Shown one piece after another: positions 23,059-31,222 of a stretch of 31,222 nt of DNA. The DNA is from a virus (Duplodnaviria > Caudoviricetes). The translations under genes and the position numbers were made by a program. The notes beneath the pieces were generated by a model. The model made no database searches and was not told the origin of the DNA. It was given only the letters and a program-made list of their open reading frames with translations. The stretch is from the IMG/VR virus record IMGVR_UViG_3300017747_002822, positions 1 through 31,222 of that record; one strand, given 5' to 3'. The stretch's first letter is position 1. Every line of letters starts with the position of its first letter.

Positions 23059-24423
23059 ATGGACCTAACCGCATCAAATGCGAAAGTTGTCGAGTGGCCA
23101 GAGAAGCTCCAATGCTTATTCTGGCCACAAGTCAATGGATTGCCTGTGCGTTACCGGGTATTGTATGGCGGTCGCGGAGGGGCGAAGTCATGGGGCATTG
23201 CGCGGGCGCTTGTGATTTTGGCTGCAAAGCGCCCCCTTCGCATTTTGTGCGCTCGTGAATTTCAGAACTCAATTCGAGACTCGGTGCATAAGGTGCTGAG
23301 CGATCAGATTGACATGCTTGGGCTCACTGGCTTTTACCAGATTGAGCAGGCAAGAATTTTTTGCCCGTCTACAGGCTCAGAATTTTCTTTCGAGGGCATT
23401 CGCAACAATGTCACGAAGATTAAGTCATATGAAGGTGTGGACATTTGCTGGGTGGAAGAAGCAAATAAGGTCACGAAAAGCTCTTGGGAAGTTCTTATTC
23501 CCACGATCCGTAAGGAAAATTCGGAGATCTGGGCGTCGTTTAACCCGGAGCTTGAAAATGACGACACGTATGTGCGTTTCGTCTTGCAGCCTCCAAAAAA
23601 TGCGATTGTGCAGAAAATTTCATGGCGCGATAATCCGTGGTTTCCGCAGGTTTTGAAGCAGGAAATGCTCGACCTGAAAGCCCGTGACCGTGACGCTTAT
23701 CTGCATGTGTGGGAAGGTGAGTGCCGGAAAAGTCTGGAAGGGGCGGTGTATGCCGAAGAACTTCGTGACTGTGCTGAAGAAGGTCGCATTACGCATGTGC
23801 CTCACCATTCTAGCTCTCCTGTTAATTTATATTTCGATCTTGGCCGGTCAGACAGCACGTCAATTATCTTCGAGCAATACGTCGGAATGCAACGGCGAGT
23901 CGTGGACTTTTACGAGAATCGGCTTAAAGGGCTAGATCATTACATTCATGTGCTGCGCACGAGGCGTGGGTCCACGGGTGAACTTTACGATTACGGGACG
24001 TGCTGGCTTCCGCATGACGCCCGTGCTAAAACTTTGGGCTCGAAAAAGTCTATCGAAGAGCAGATGCGTGACGCGGGATTTCAGGTTCGGATTGTGCCGA
24101 GGTTGAGCAAGTTCGACGGGATTATCGCGGCGAGAAGTATTTTCCCGACATGCTGGTTTGACGCGGCGAAATGTGAGAAGGGCCTCCTTCACGCTTTGCG
24201 TCATTACCATTACGAAGAAAATCCTGTTACAGAAACGCTCAGCAACGAGCCTGTGCATGATTGGTCGTCACACGCAGCAGATGCTTTCCGCTACATGGCT
24301 ATCGCCTCAAACGAAGGTGGGAGCGATGGACGCACTCGGAAAGTGGCGGGGGCGTTGAAACGCCAAGGCGGATTATTAGGGGCAATGCAGAATTTGGGCG
24401 AAAGCCTGGGATGGATGGGATAA
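23059..24423 (+). CDS. terL: Terminase large subunit (PBSX/Terminase_3-like)
   Basis: YGGRGGAKS Walker A, CAREFQNSIRDSV, WVEEA Walker B, SFNP, DLGRSD nuclease motif and HDWSSHAADAFRY. Confidence 0.95.
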   Translation: MDLTASNAKVVEWPEKLQCLFWPQVNGLPVRYRVLYGGRGGAKSWGIARALVILAAKRPLRILCAREFQNSIRDSVHKVLSDQIDMLGLTGFYQIEQARIFCPSTGSEFSFEGIRNNVTKIKSYEGVDICWVEEANKVTKSSWEVLIPTIRKENSEIWASFNPELENDDTYVRFVLQPPKNAIVQKISWRDNPWFPQVLKQEMLDLKARDRDAYLHVWEGECRKSLEGAVYAEELRDCAEEGRITHVPHHSSSPVNLYFDLGRSDSTSIIFEQYVGMQRRVVDFYENRLKGLDHYIHVLRTRRGSTGELYDYGTCWLPHDARAKTLGSKKSIEEQMRDAGFQVRIVPRLSKFDGIIAARSIFPTCWFDAAKCEKGLLHALRHYHYEENPVTETLSNEPVHDWSSHAADAFRYMAIASNEGGSDGRTRKVAGALKRQGGLLGAMQNLGESLGWMG

Positions 24424-26616
24424 ATGGCACGGCAAGCAGTTGACAGCGAGAAATTCCAAAAAGTCCTAAAGCGCGCTCAGGAGCGTTTTAAGCGCTGCGA
24501 AGCGTGGGAAAGCTATGCTCGCAGATTGTTTATGGATGACATTCGATTTGCGAATGCGGACTCTGATAATAAATATCAGTGGCCGACGCGCATGTGGAAT
24601 GATCGTCAGAGGGATGAACGGCCTGCGCTGACTATCAACAAGACTCGTCAACATAATCTGAACATCATCAATGATGCGAAGATGAATAAGCCGGGGATCA
24701 AGTATCGTGCGGCGGGTAATGGCGCAACGGCGGAAAGCGCGCGGATTTGGGACGGCATTGCTCGACACATTGAGTATCAAAGCAATGCCCCTGCACATTA
24801 CGACTATGCGACGACTTTTCAGGTTGAGGCAGGCATTGGCTATCTGCGCGTAAACACGGACTACGTGGACGAAAATTCGTTCGATCAGGAGATTTATATT
24901 ACGAGCATTGCCGACCCGCTGACGGTTTATCTCGATCCAGATGCGAAGGCTCCGGCAAAAGAGGACGCGCGTTTTGCGTTTATCTTTGAGGATATGCCGA
25001 AAGAAGTTTTCGACCAGAAATATCCGCAGTATAAGCAATATGTCGGGCAGGAAGTGCTGGTTGGGGAAAAAGGATGGTTCGATGAGGACCATGTAAGAGT
25101 TGCGGAGTATTTTGAAGCGGAAGATGTGAATGATGAACTGTTGATGTTTGATGGGCCGGACGGTCAGCCTATGACATTGATGGCGTCAGATCTTCGCAAA
25201 GTCGATCCGAAAAGTGAAATCTTCGACAACCCGCAGACTCGTAAACGCACGGTTACTCGCCGCAATATTCATTATCATCTCATCGTGGGCAACCATGTTA
25301 TTCAGGAAGAAGAAAGAATATGGATCGGTAAAACTATCCCGATTATTCCGGTGATCGGTGAGGAAACGATCATTGAAGGGCGTCTGGATCGTAAGGGGCA
25401 TACCCGTGCGATGAAAGACCCGCAGCGTATGTATAACTATTGGGCGTCTGCTGCAGTAGAATACGGAGCCTTGCAGTCCAAAACTCCATGGATCGTTGGA
25501 GTGGAAAGCGTAGAAGGCTTTGAAGAATACTGGGCTACGGCTAATCGCCAAAATCATGCGTATTTGCCTTATAAGTCTGTTGGAGATGATGGTAAGCCTT
25601 TGCCTCCACCTTCTCGTATTGAACCACCTGTTCCGTCGCCGGTTGCGCTGAAAGGCATGGAAGTGGCGAATGTTGAAATGCAGATGGTTTCAGGGCAATA
25701 CGAAAACCAGCTGGGGCAGCAGGGAAATGAGCGCACAGGCAAGGCGATTGCGGAACGGCAGCGTCAAGGCGATCGTGCGACTTATCACTTCATTGATAAT
25801 CTGGCGATTGCCATTCGTCAGATCGGTATAATCATTCTTGATCTTGTGCCGAAGGTTTACGACACGAACCGCATCATTACGATCCTCGCGGAAAACAATG
25901 AAAGCCTCGAAGTCAAGCTCGATCCGCAGTTGCGGCAGGCGCACATGCTGGAATTGAATGAGAATAATGAAGTTATTGGAAGGGTGTTGAACCCGGCAGT
26001 CGGTAAGTATGAAGTGATGTCGGATGTGGGTCCGGGATATGCCACGAGACGTGAGGAAGCGTTTAATGCGCTTACCCTCATCCTCACGCAGAACCCCGGT
26101 TTGACCAGCATTATTGGCGATATCATGTTCCGTGCAGGCGACTTCCCAATGGCGGAAGAAGCGGCTGAACGTCTGAAACGCATGGTGCCTCCGCAGGCGC
26201 TTGGTCAAGGTCCGTCGCAGAACGAGCAGATGCTGGGGCAGCAGCTTCAGCAGATGCAACAAGCCCTGCAAGCCACGATGGACGAGTTGGCGAAGGAAAA
26301 AGGCAAGTCGCAGGCTCGTCTGGAAAAACGCGAAGTCGAAGTTTACGACGCCATCACCAAACGCCTTGACGTGCTTATCAAGAATGTCGGACTTACCGCG
26401 CCGCAGACCAATCTGTTGTCGGATCAGGCTGTGCAGGAAAGCACCGAGGTTCCAATCAGCGATACCTACGAAGGGCACGAAGATCAGATGCCTGGACGGG
26501 GCGAATTGCAAGATCACGAAATTCCGTTCGGCGGCACCCGTGCGCCAGATGGAAATGTGTATGCCCCGCACCCGGAAATGCCTGGAGTGCTGACCCGCGT
26601 TACGAAGGAGATTTGA
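24424..26616 (+). CDS. Portal protein, P22-like
   Basis: QWP...R....RPALTINK, DPDAK, VRVAEYF, IPIIPV.G, MKDPQRMYNYW and GKYEV..DVGPGYATRREEA. Directly follows terL. Confidence 0.92.
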   Translation: MARQAVDSEKFQKVLKRAQERFKRCEAWESYARRLFMDDIRFANADSDNKYQWPTRMWNDRQRDERPALTINKTRQHNLNIINDAKMNKPGIKYRAAGNGATAESARIWDGIARHIEYQSNAPAHYDYATTFQVEAGIGYLRVNTDYVDENSFDQEIYITSIADPLTVYLDPDAKAPAKEDARFAFIFEDMPKEVFDQKYPQYKQYVGQEVLVGEKGWFDEDHVRVAEYFEAEDVNDELLMFDGPDGQPMTLMASDLRKVDPKSEIFDNPQTRKRTVTRRNIHYHLIVGNHVIQEEERIWIGKTIPIIPVIGEETIIEGRLDRKGHTRAMKDPQRMYNYWASAAVEYGALQSKTPWIVGVESVEGFEEYWATANRQNHAYLPYKSVGDDGKPLPPPSRIEPPVPSPVALKGMEVANVEMQMVSGQYENQLGQQGNERTGKAIAERQRQGDRATYHFIDNLAIAIRQIGIIILDLVPKVYDTNRIITILAENNESLEVKLDPQLRQAHMLELNENNEVIGRVLNPAVGKYEVMSDVGPGYATRREEAFNALTLILTQNPGLTSIIGDIMFRAGDFPMAEEAAERLKRMVPPQALGQGPSQNEQMLGQQLQQMQQALQATMDELAKEKGKSQARLEKREVEVYDAITKRLDVLIKNVGLTAPQTNLLSDQAVQESTEVPISDTYEGHEDQMPGRGELQDHEIPFGGTRAPDGNVYAPHPEMPGVLTRVTKEI

Positions 26617-26617
26617 T

Positions 26618-28036
26618 ATGGCACCGCGTGATAGACGAGAAGAAGCGTTCCGGGCTGGTTTAGAAAATCCGTTGATGGGTGACATTGGGCCGCTGCAGCG
26701 TTTGTATGGAACGGTGCAGGCTATCGGTTCGGAGTTGGCCGGGGGTGACATGGGCACCCCGTTTGGGCAGCGTTTTGGAGCAAGTCAGAAAGCCGCAAAA
26801 GCCGAAGTGAAGCGACTGCAGGAATTGCGGAAAGCGCATCCGGAGGAGTTCGGGCGTGGCATGATGTTTGCGCAGGAACAGCAAGACCCTTACATGCTGG
26901 GTTTGGGTGTTGGTTCGTTGGGTGCAATGCGGCCGATGGGCACGACGCGCTTTCAACCTGCTTATGACGAAAGCCCTGTGCAGCATATTGCTGGTCGGGG
27001 TCCGATGGATGCGCTGCCTGCTCCGGCTCCCCGTATGATGGCAGTGCAAGAGGCTGCGCCAGTTGCGCCTTACTATCGCAATGTGCCTCCGGAAATGGGC
27101 ACGAGCACTAGGCCGATGACGCCCTTCCAGCAAAACCAAGTTGGCCTTTCGACTGGCCGTTTTGGGATGCAGGGTTATGCGCCGGAAATGGCCGTTACGG
27201 ACTTTGAAAGTTATGCTCCGGGCGGAATGGGGCGGACGACTACAGGTCCGACGCCGATTAGCGGTTTCGACCGTAACATGATGGACGCTTATCGCCGTGG
27301 GCGGATGGGCACAGGCGCTTCTCGTGGAATGTATGGCGAATATACCCCGGAAGAAATGGGCTCCGCCATTACTCCGTATCGTCAGGGTGGACTGGTTTAT
27401 GAGCCGGTCGGCCAGCAGGGCGCTGCCCCACGCCAGATCGGTGGCCCGCAGGGTGCGCCGCGTCTGGGTTATGAGCGTGGTCCGATTGAAGGTGAATGGT
27501 CGGAAGTTTACGGCATTGGCGGTCCGCAGGCTCGGTCGTATGGCGGTGGGATGGATTTCGGCGTGACTCGTGAGGGCATGGCGATGCCGCCATCTGGAAT
27601 GCGCTTTGATCCGCGTTTAGCTGCTGCAGCGATTGGCGGCGGTGCGGGTTACATGGCCGGTCGAGGGCAAGAGGCTGGGCCGCTTCCGGCGTTCAATCCT
27701 AACATTCCGCAATCTGGAATGCGCACCCCCGGCATGAGTGAGTTTTATCCGGTGATGCCGCTGCCAGTTGCTGCGCCGATGGGTGCGACGGCGCTTTCTG
27801 GGCAGGCTCCGGGGGCGGACACAGCATTTGAAGGAACGCCTCGCGGAAAAGCCCAACTTCCCCCGATGGAAGTGAAAGGCAAAGGCGAGAAGAAAGGCAA
27901 GAAAGAGCCTGCCGCTGCATTCGAGCCTAACTTGAACTATTACGTGACGCAGGCTCTTGATCGGCTGTTCGGCCAGAATGAAGCTGAACGTGGACGGCAA
28001 TATCAGCAGTATTATGAACAACAAGGATATTACTGA
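26618..28036 (+). CDS. Low-complexity Gly/Pro/Met-rich protein (472 aa), candidate ejection/internal virion protein
   Basis: AAGGAG RBS and a long ORF. The functional call is inferred from composition and position only. Confidence 0.7.
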   Translation: MAPRDRREEAFRAGLENPLMGDIGPLQRLYGTVQAIGSELAGGDMGTPFGQRFGASQKAAKAEVKRLQELRKAHPEEFGRGMMFAQEQQDPYMLGLGVGSLGAMRPMGTTRFQPAYDESPVQHIAGRGPMDALPAPAPRMMAVQEAAPVAPYYRNVPPEMGTSTRPMTPFQQNQVGLSTGRFGMQGYAPEMAVTDFESYAPGGMGRTTTGPTPISGFDRNMMDAYRRGRMGTGASRGMYGEYTPEEMGSAITPYRQGGLVYEPVGQQGAAPRQIGGPQGAPRLGYERGPIEGEWSEVYGIGGPQARSYGGGMDFGVTREGMAMPPSGMRFDPRLAAAAIGGGAGYMAGRGQEAGPLPAFNPNIPQSGMRTPGMSEFYPVMPLPVAAPMGATALSGQAPGADTAFEGTPRGKAQLPPMEVKGKGEKKGKKEPAAAFEPNLNYYVTQALDRLFGQNEAERGRQYQQYYEQQGYY

Positions 28037-28608
28037 TGGCTGATCCCAAATTGCGCGGGGGCGTTTATGAGGCCCCCGCTGATTTCCGCAAAATGGAACA
28101 AGAGTTTTACGCACTTCACCCGGAGGCTCGAGTCACGCCGGGTGAGAATGTGCTTTATAGCCAGCAAGATCGTGAGGAAATGAATGCCCTGTATGGCACC
28201 CCATCGCCAGCAGAAAACTTCTTCCACACACTTATGCCCGCGAATGTGCGCGCAGCTTACGGCACGTATATCGGGGACCAAGAGCCAATCACCCAGCGTT
28301 ACTTTTCCGATGCGGATTTGGCGGCGATGCGGGAGATTTATCTGCGAGAGCAAGCAGCTTATGCGCAGCATCCTATCGACCCTAATATGTCTTATGCGGA
28401 ACTTAGTGGGCTCCGACACCGTATGCCCCCTGTGCAAAGCCTTCCGGGGATAGGAAATGTTCTGCAATCTTACTCAGATCAGAATTATCGAATTGCGCCC
28501 TTTACCCAAGGTGCGTATTATGAACATTCACCAGAGGGAACTTATATGGTGAATGATTATCGTGCGGGGCAATATCAGCGTCCTGTGCGAGTTTTGTTAC
28601 CGCAATAG
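28036..28608 (+). CDS. Hypothetical protein (190 aa), Tyr/Pro-rich
   Basis: TGATG-coupled to the upstream gene. Confidence 0.7.
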   Translation: MADPKLRGGVYEAPADFRKMEQEFYALHPEARVTPGENVLYSQQDREEMNALYGTPSPAENFFHTLMPANVRAAYGTYIGDQEPITQRYFSDADLAAMREIYLREQAAYAQHPIDPNMSYAELSGLRHRMPPVQSLPGIGNVLQSYSDQNYRIAPFTQGAYYEHSPEGTYMVNDYRAGQYQRPVRVLLPQ

Positions 28609-28616
28609 GAGCCGAA

Positions 28617-28949
28617 ATGTCAAGAGAGCCGTTAATTAGATTGCCGGGGAAAGGCGCACATGCGCATAAACTTGTGGCAAAAACTGCGATGGAAATGGCG
28701 CAGGAAGTTTATGAAAAGAACGCTGGAAGAAGCAATGACTTTTACGAAAAGTATCCAGACTGCGATGCGTATGTAAAGTCTTGTTGGGCGCTTTATTTGG
28801 ATGCTGCTAGGACCACTTTAACGCAGTTATTGACTACGAACATGGATGACAACTTGAAGCAAGAGATATATGATGCCTTGATAAAGGACGCAACACTGCG
28901 TCGGGGACGTGAGGGCGTCCTTCAAATGAAGCATGGTGCAGGAGCCTAA
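28617..28949 (+). CDS. Hypothetical head-module protein (110 aa)
   Basis: AGGAG RBS. Contains HKLVAKTAMEMA.E.YE...N..Y, AR.TL..LL and IYDALI.D. Confidence 0.75.
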   Translation: MSREPLIRLPGKGAHAHKLVAKTAMEMAQEVYEKNAGRSNDFYEKYPDCDAYVKSCWALYLDAARTTLTQLLTTNMDDNLKQEIYDALIKDATLRRGREGVLQMKHGAGA

Positions 28950-28950
28950 C

Positions 28951-29724
28951 ATGAACATGAACATGAATTTTTGGGACGCCGCAATGCGGCAAAGTGACGG
29001 AGAGCAGGGCGCGGCACCGCCAGAGGCATCAGCCGTTGTCGAGGCTCCCGTTATGGCCGATGCGAGTCAGGAACCGGCAGCAGATAGCGTTCCCCACGAA
29101 GCTCCTGTCGATGAAAGCTCTGCAAAACCCCCGCAGGGCTTACTTGACCGCATCGGCCAGCTTACTCGCCAAAAGCGTGAACTCGAAGAACGACTGCAGC
29201 AGGTTGAATATGCTCGCCAGCCGCAGCAATACGAGCAAAACGTTGATGCCCAGTATGACCCAAGAACTGTCCAGTTGGAAATCCATCGGCAGGCCCAGGA
29301 ACTGGCGAAGCAGCAACAATGGAAAGACACGACAGATAAAATCTGGAATGACGGTCTAAACAAGTATGGTGATTGGGCTCCGCAGCTAAACAACATGGCG
29401 ACGTTGCTTGGCGGCATTCCCACATCGCTGACTGAGGCTGCGATTGAAACCGGAAATCCGCAGGAAGTGCTTTATCATCTGGCGAAGAACCCGGATGAGG
29501 CGGCGCGAATTGCGATGCTTCCGCCGACTCGTCAGGCAGTTGCGGTGGCGAAAGTGGCGAGCGGGCTGAATGCGCCGAAGCGGGTAAGTTCAGCTCCTCC
29601 ACCCATAACTCCGAAGGTTCAGGGCATCGGTGCGGCACCAGCCACACTTGACGATCCTGATATTTCTATGGAAGAATGGGCGAGATTACGCAACGAGCAA
29701 TCTTTGGCTCGTCGCAGAAGGTAG
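28951..29724 (+). CDS. Capsid scaffolding protein
   Basis: Acidic Pro/Ala N-terminus, RIGQLTRQKRELE coiled coil, VLYHLAKNPDEA.RI, SSAPPPI and C-terminal MEEWARLR. Lies upstream of the coat gene. Confidence 0.85.
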   Translation: MNMNMNFWDAAMRQSDGEQGAAPPEASAVVEAPVMADASQEPAADSVPHEAPVDESSAKPPQGLLDRIGQLTRQKRELEERLQQVEYARQPQQYEQNVDAQYDPRTVQLEIHRQAQELAKQQQWKDTTDKIWNDGLNKYGDWAPQLNNMATLLGGIPTSLTEAAIETGNPQEVLYHLAKNPDEAARIAMLPPTRQAVAVAKVASGLNAPKRVSSAPPPITPKVQGIGAAPATLDDPDISMEEWARLRNEQSLARRRR

Positions 29725-29880
29725 GCGGGAACACCTTACGTTCCCCCCTCTCTGGCCGTGGGGTAAACGGTCTGGGCTGGCCCGATAAAGTGACGGACGC
29801 GGGCACCGTCGAAACGCAGAGGACTCCCTCCTGCTTTTGGCACTCAAGGCGCGTCCGCGCACTCATAGAGGACAGTTCAG
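29725..29880 (+). other. Structured 5' leader of the coat gene
   Basis: Four short hairpins plus an 8-bp long-range complement (29794-29801 with 29850-29857). Confidence 0.55.
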
Positions 29881-31092
29881 ATGTCTAATACGCTTCTTAA
29901 TATTAACATGATCACCCGTGAGGCTGTTCGCCTCTGGGTCAACACCAACTCGTTCCTGCAGCACATCGACACGCAGTATGACGATCAGTTCGCCATCACC
30001 GGCGCGAAGATCGGTCAGAGCCTGCGCGTTCGTCTGCCGAACGATTACACCGTTCGCACGGGTCCGGTCGCTCAGATTCAGGACACGACGGAAACGAACA
30101 CCACGCTGACGCTCGCCACTCAGAAGGGCGTTGACGTGTCGTTCAATTCTGCCGAGCGCACGATGACGTTGGACGATTATTCCAAGCGTGTTCTCGCCCC
30201 GGCGGTGAACAACCTTGTTGGCGCGGTTGCTGCGGACATCATGTCTGGTGTTGAAGGCGGCGTTTCCAACCTTGTTGGTAATTTCGACGCTGCGGGCAAT
30301 CTGCTGCGTCCGACGCTGGACACTTGGCTGCAGGCGAAAGCCCTGCTGTCGCTGCGTTCTGCTCCGACCGACAATCGCAAGTTCATTCTTGATCCGGTCA
30401 GCATGGCCCGCACGGTCCAGTCGCTGTCAGGTCTGTTGAACCCTGCGACCGAGATCTCCGAGCAGTATCGCACGGGTGAAGTTTATAACGCGATTGGCTT
30501 CGACTGGTTCGAAGATCAGACGGTTATCAAACACACGACCGGCACGTATGTGGTTGGCGTTTCTCCGACCGTCAATGGTGCGAACCAGACGGGCACGAGC
30601 ATCAACGTCACCATCGGCGCGTCCTCGTTCACCGTTGGCGACATCATCACCTTCGCTGGCGTGAACGCGGTCAACCGCATCACCAAGGTTTCGACTGGTG
30701 AACTGCAGCAGTTCGTTGTGACGAGCTATGCGGGCGGCGTTCTGGGCATTTACCCGGCCATCGTTCCCCCGGTTGGCGGCTCGCCGGTCCAGTATCAGAC
30801 GGTTACGGCTTCGCCTGCGAATGGCGCGGCTATCGTCAGTCTGACGCTGACGGGCCAGGTTTACCGCAAGAACATTGCTTTCGTGCCGGATGCGGTTACG
30901 ATGGCGACTGCCGATCTGGAAATGCCGAAGAACATGCAGGAAGTTGCGCGTGAGCGTATGGATGGCGTGTCTCTCCGCATGGTGACTGGCTTCGACATTA
31001 AGTCGGATCAGTTTATCACTCGTCTCGATGTCCTCTATGGGTATGTATGGGTCAGGCCCGAATGGGCGGTTGTGGTGGCCGACATCATTTAA
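29881..31092 (+). CDS. Major capsid protein, P22 coat-protein family
   Basis: YDDQFA..GAKIG..L.VRLP, LAPA...L, GFDW.EDQ, VGDIITFAGV.AVN and RLDVLYG....RPEW. Confidence 0.93.
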   Translation: MSNTLLNINMITREAVRLWVNTNSFLQHIDTQYDDQFAITGAKIGQSLRVRLPNDYTVRTGPVAQIQDTTETNTTLTLATQKGVDVSFNSAERTMTLDDYSKRVLAPAVNNLVGAVAADIMSGVEGGVSNLVGNFDAAGNLLRPTLDTWLQAKALLSLRSAPTDNRKFILDPVSMARTVQSLSGLLNPATEISEQYRTGEVYNAIGFDWFEDQTVIKHTTGTYVVGVSPTVNGANQTGTSINVTIGASSFTVGDIITFAGVNAVNRITKVSTGELQQFVVTSYAGGVLGIYPAIVPPVGGSPVQYQTVTASPANGAAIVSLTLTGQVYRKNIAFVPDAVTMATADLEMPKNMQEVARERMDGVSLRMVTGFDIKSDQFITRLDVLYGYVWVRPEWAVVVADII

Positions 31093-31109
31093 GCTGAAAG
31101 GAGGGTTCG

Positions 31110-31222
31110 GTGTTGACTCAGCAAGAACTCAAAGCAATGTTTTCCTACAACCCTGAAACTGGATTGTTCACCAATTTAGGCAATCGGGGCACAAGAGCGA
31201 AAGCAGGGGATATAGCGGGAAC
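31110..31222 (+). CDS. HNH (homing-type) endonuclease, N-terminal fragment, truncated
   Basis: GGAGG RBS. LTQQELKAMFSYNPETGLFT...AGDIAG is the typical N-terminus of phage HNH(-AP2) endonucleases. Confidence 0.7.
   Translation, partial: MLTQQELKAMFSYNPETGLFTNLGNRGTRAKAGDIAG

Noticed and set aside
25690-26757. 355-aa minus-strand ORF and other long antisense ORFs (e.g. 11077..11739, 24466..25092)
   Set aside because: These are shadow frames of well-supported plus-strand genes in GC-rich DNA, with no RBS or motifs.
28948-28968. AACATG x3 (MNMNMN) at the scaffold start
   Set aside because: A short in-frame microsatellite giving alternative starts 2 codons apart. There is no evidence of function; it only makes the exact start uncertain.
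1-31222. Alternative genetic code, diversity-generating retroelement or introns
   Set aside because: Core genes are intact under the standard code, there is no reverse transcriptase or template/variable repeat pair, and terL, portal and coat are uninterrupted.

Overview
About 31 kb of a tailed dsDNA phage genome (or prophage-like contig) with a P22-like head module, infecting a Gram-negative host, as indicated by an overlapping two-component spanin. The window has two divergent arms. The left arm (1-10567, minus strand) holds about 30 mostly small early genes, including an SF1 UvrD-type helicase, a HIRAN protein and a pyrimidine-dimer-glycosylase-family protein. The right arm (from 10956, plus strand) holds an HTH protein, a lysis cassette (GH19-like endolysin, lipoprotein, holin, spanins), fibre/tailspike genes, large terminase, P22-like portal, scaffold, P22-family coat protein and a truncated HNH endonuclease. 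Between the arms lies a control region (about 9500-11260) with an AT-rich tract, 7 ACCATTT repeats, a GATC-dense repeat block and a recurrent operator-like motif (AGGTTARRCCCAT) that often sits on predicted promoters. The most unusual feature is three consecutive beta-rich fibre-like genes (16486-19693) that all begin with classical Sec-type signal peptides and have even numbers of cysteines in the mature part. A structured, pseudoknot-capable leader also precedes the coat gene. All family calls come from motif recognition by eye; no searches were run. Many start codons were trimmed relative to the supplied ORF track using RBS and overlap logic.
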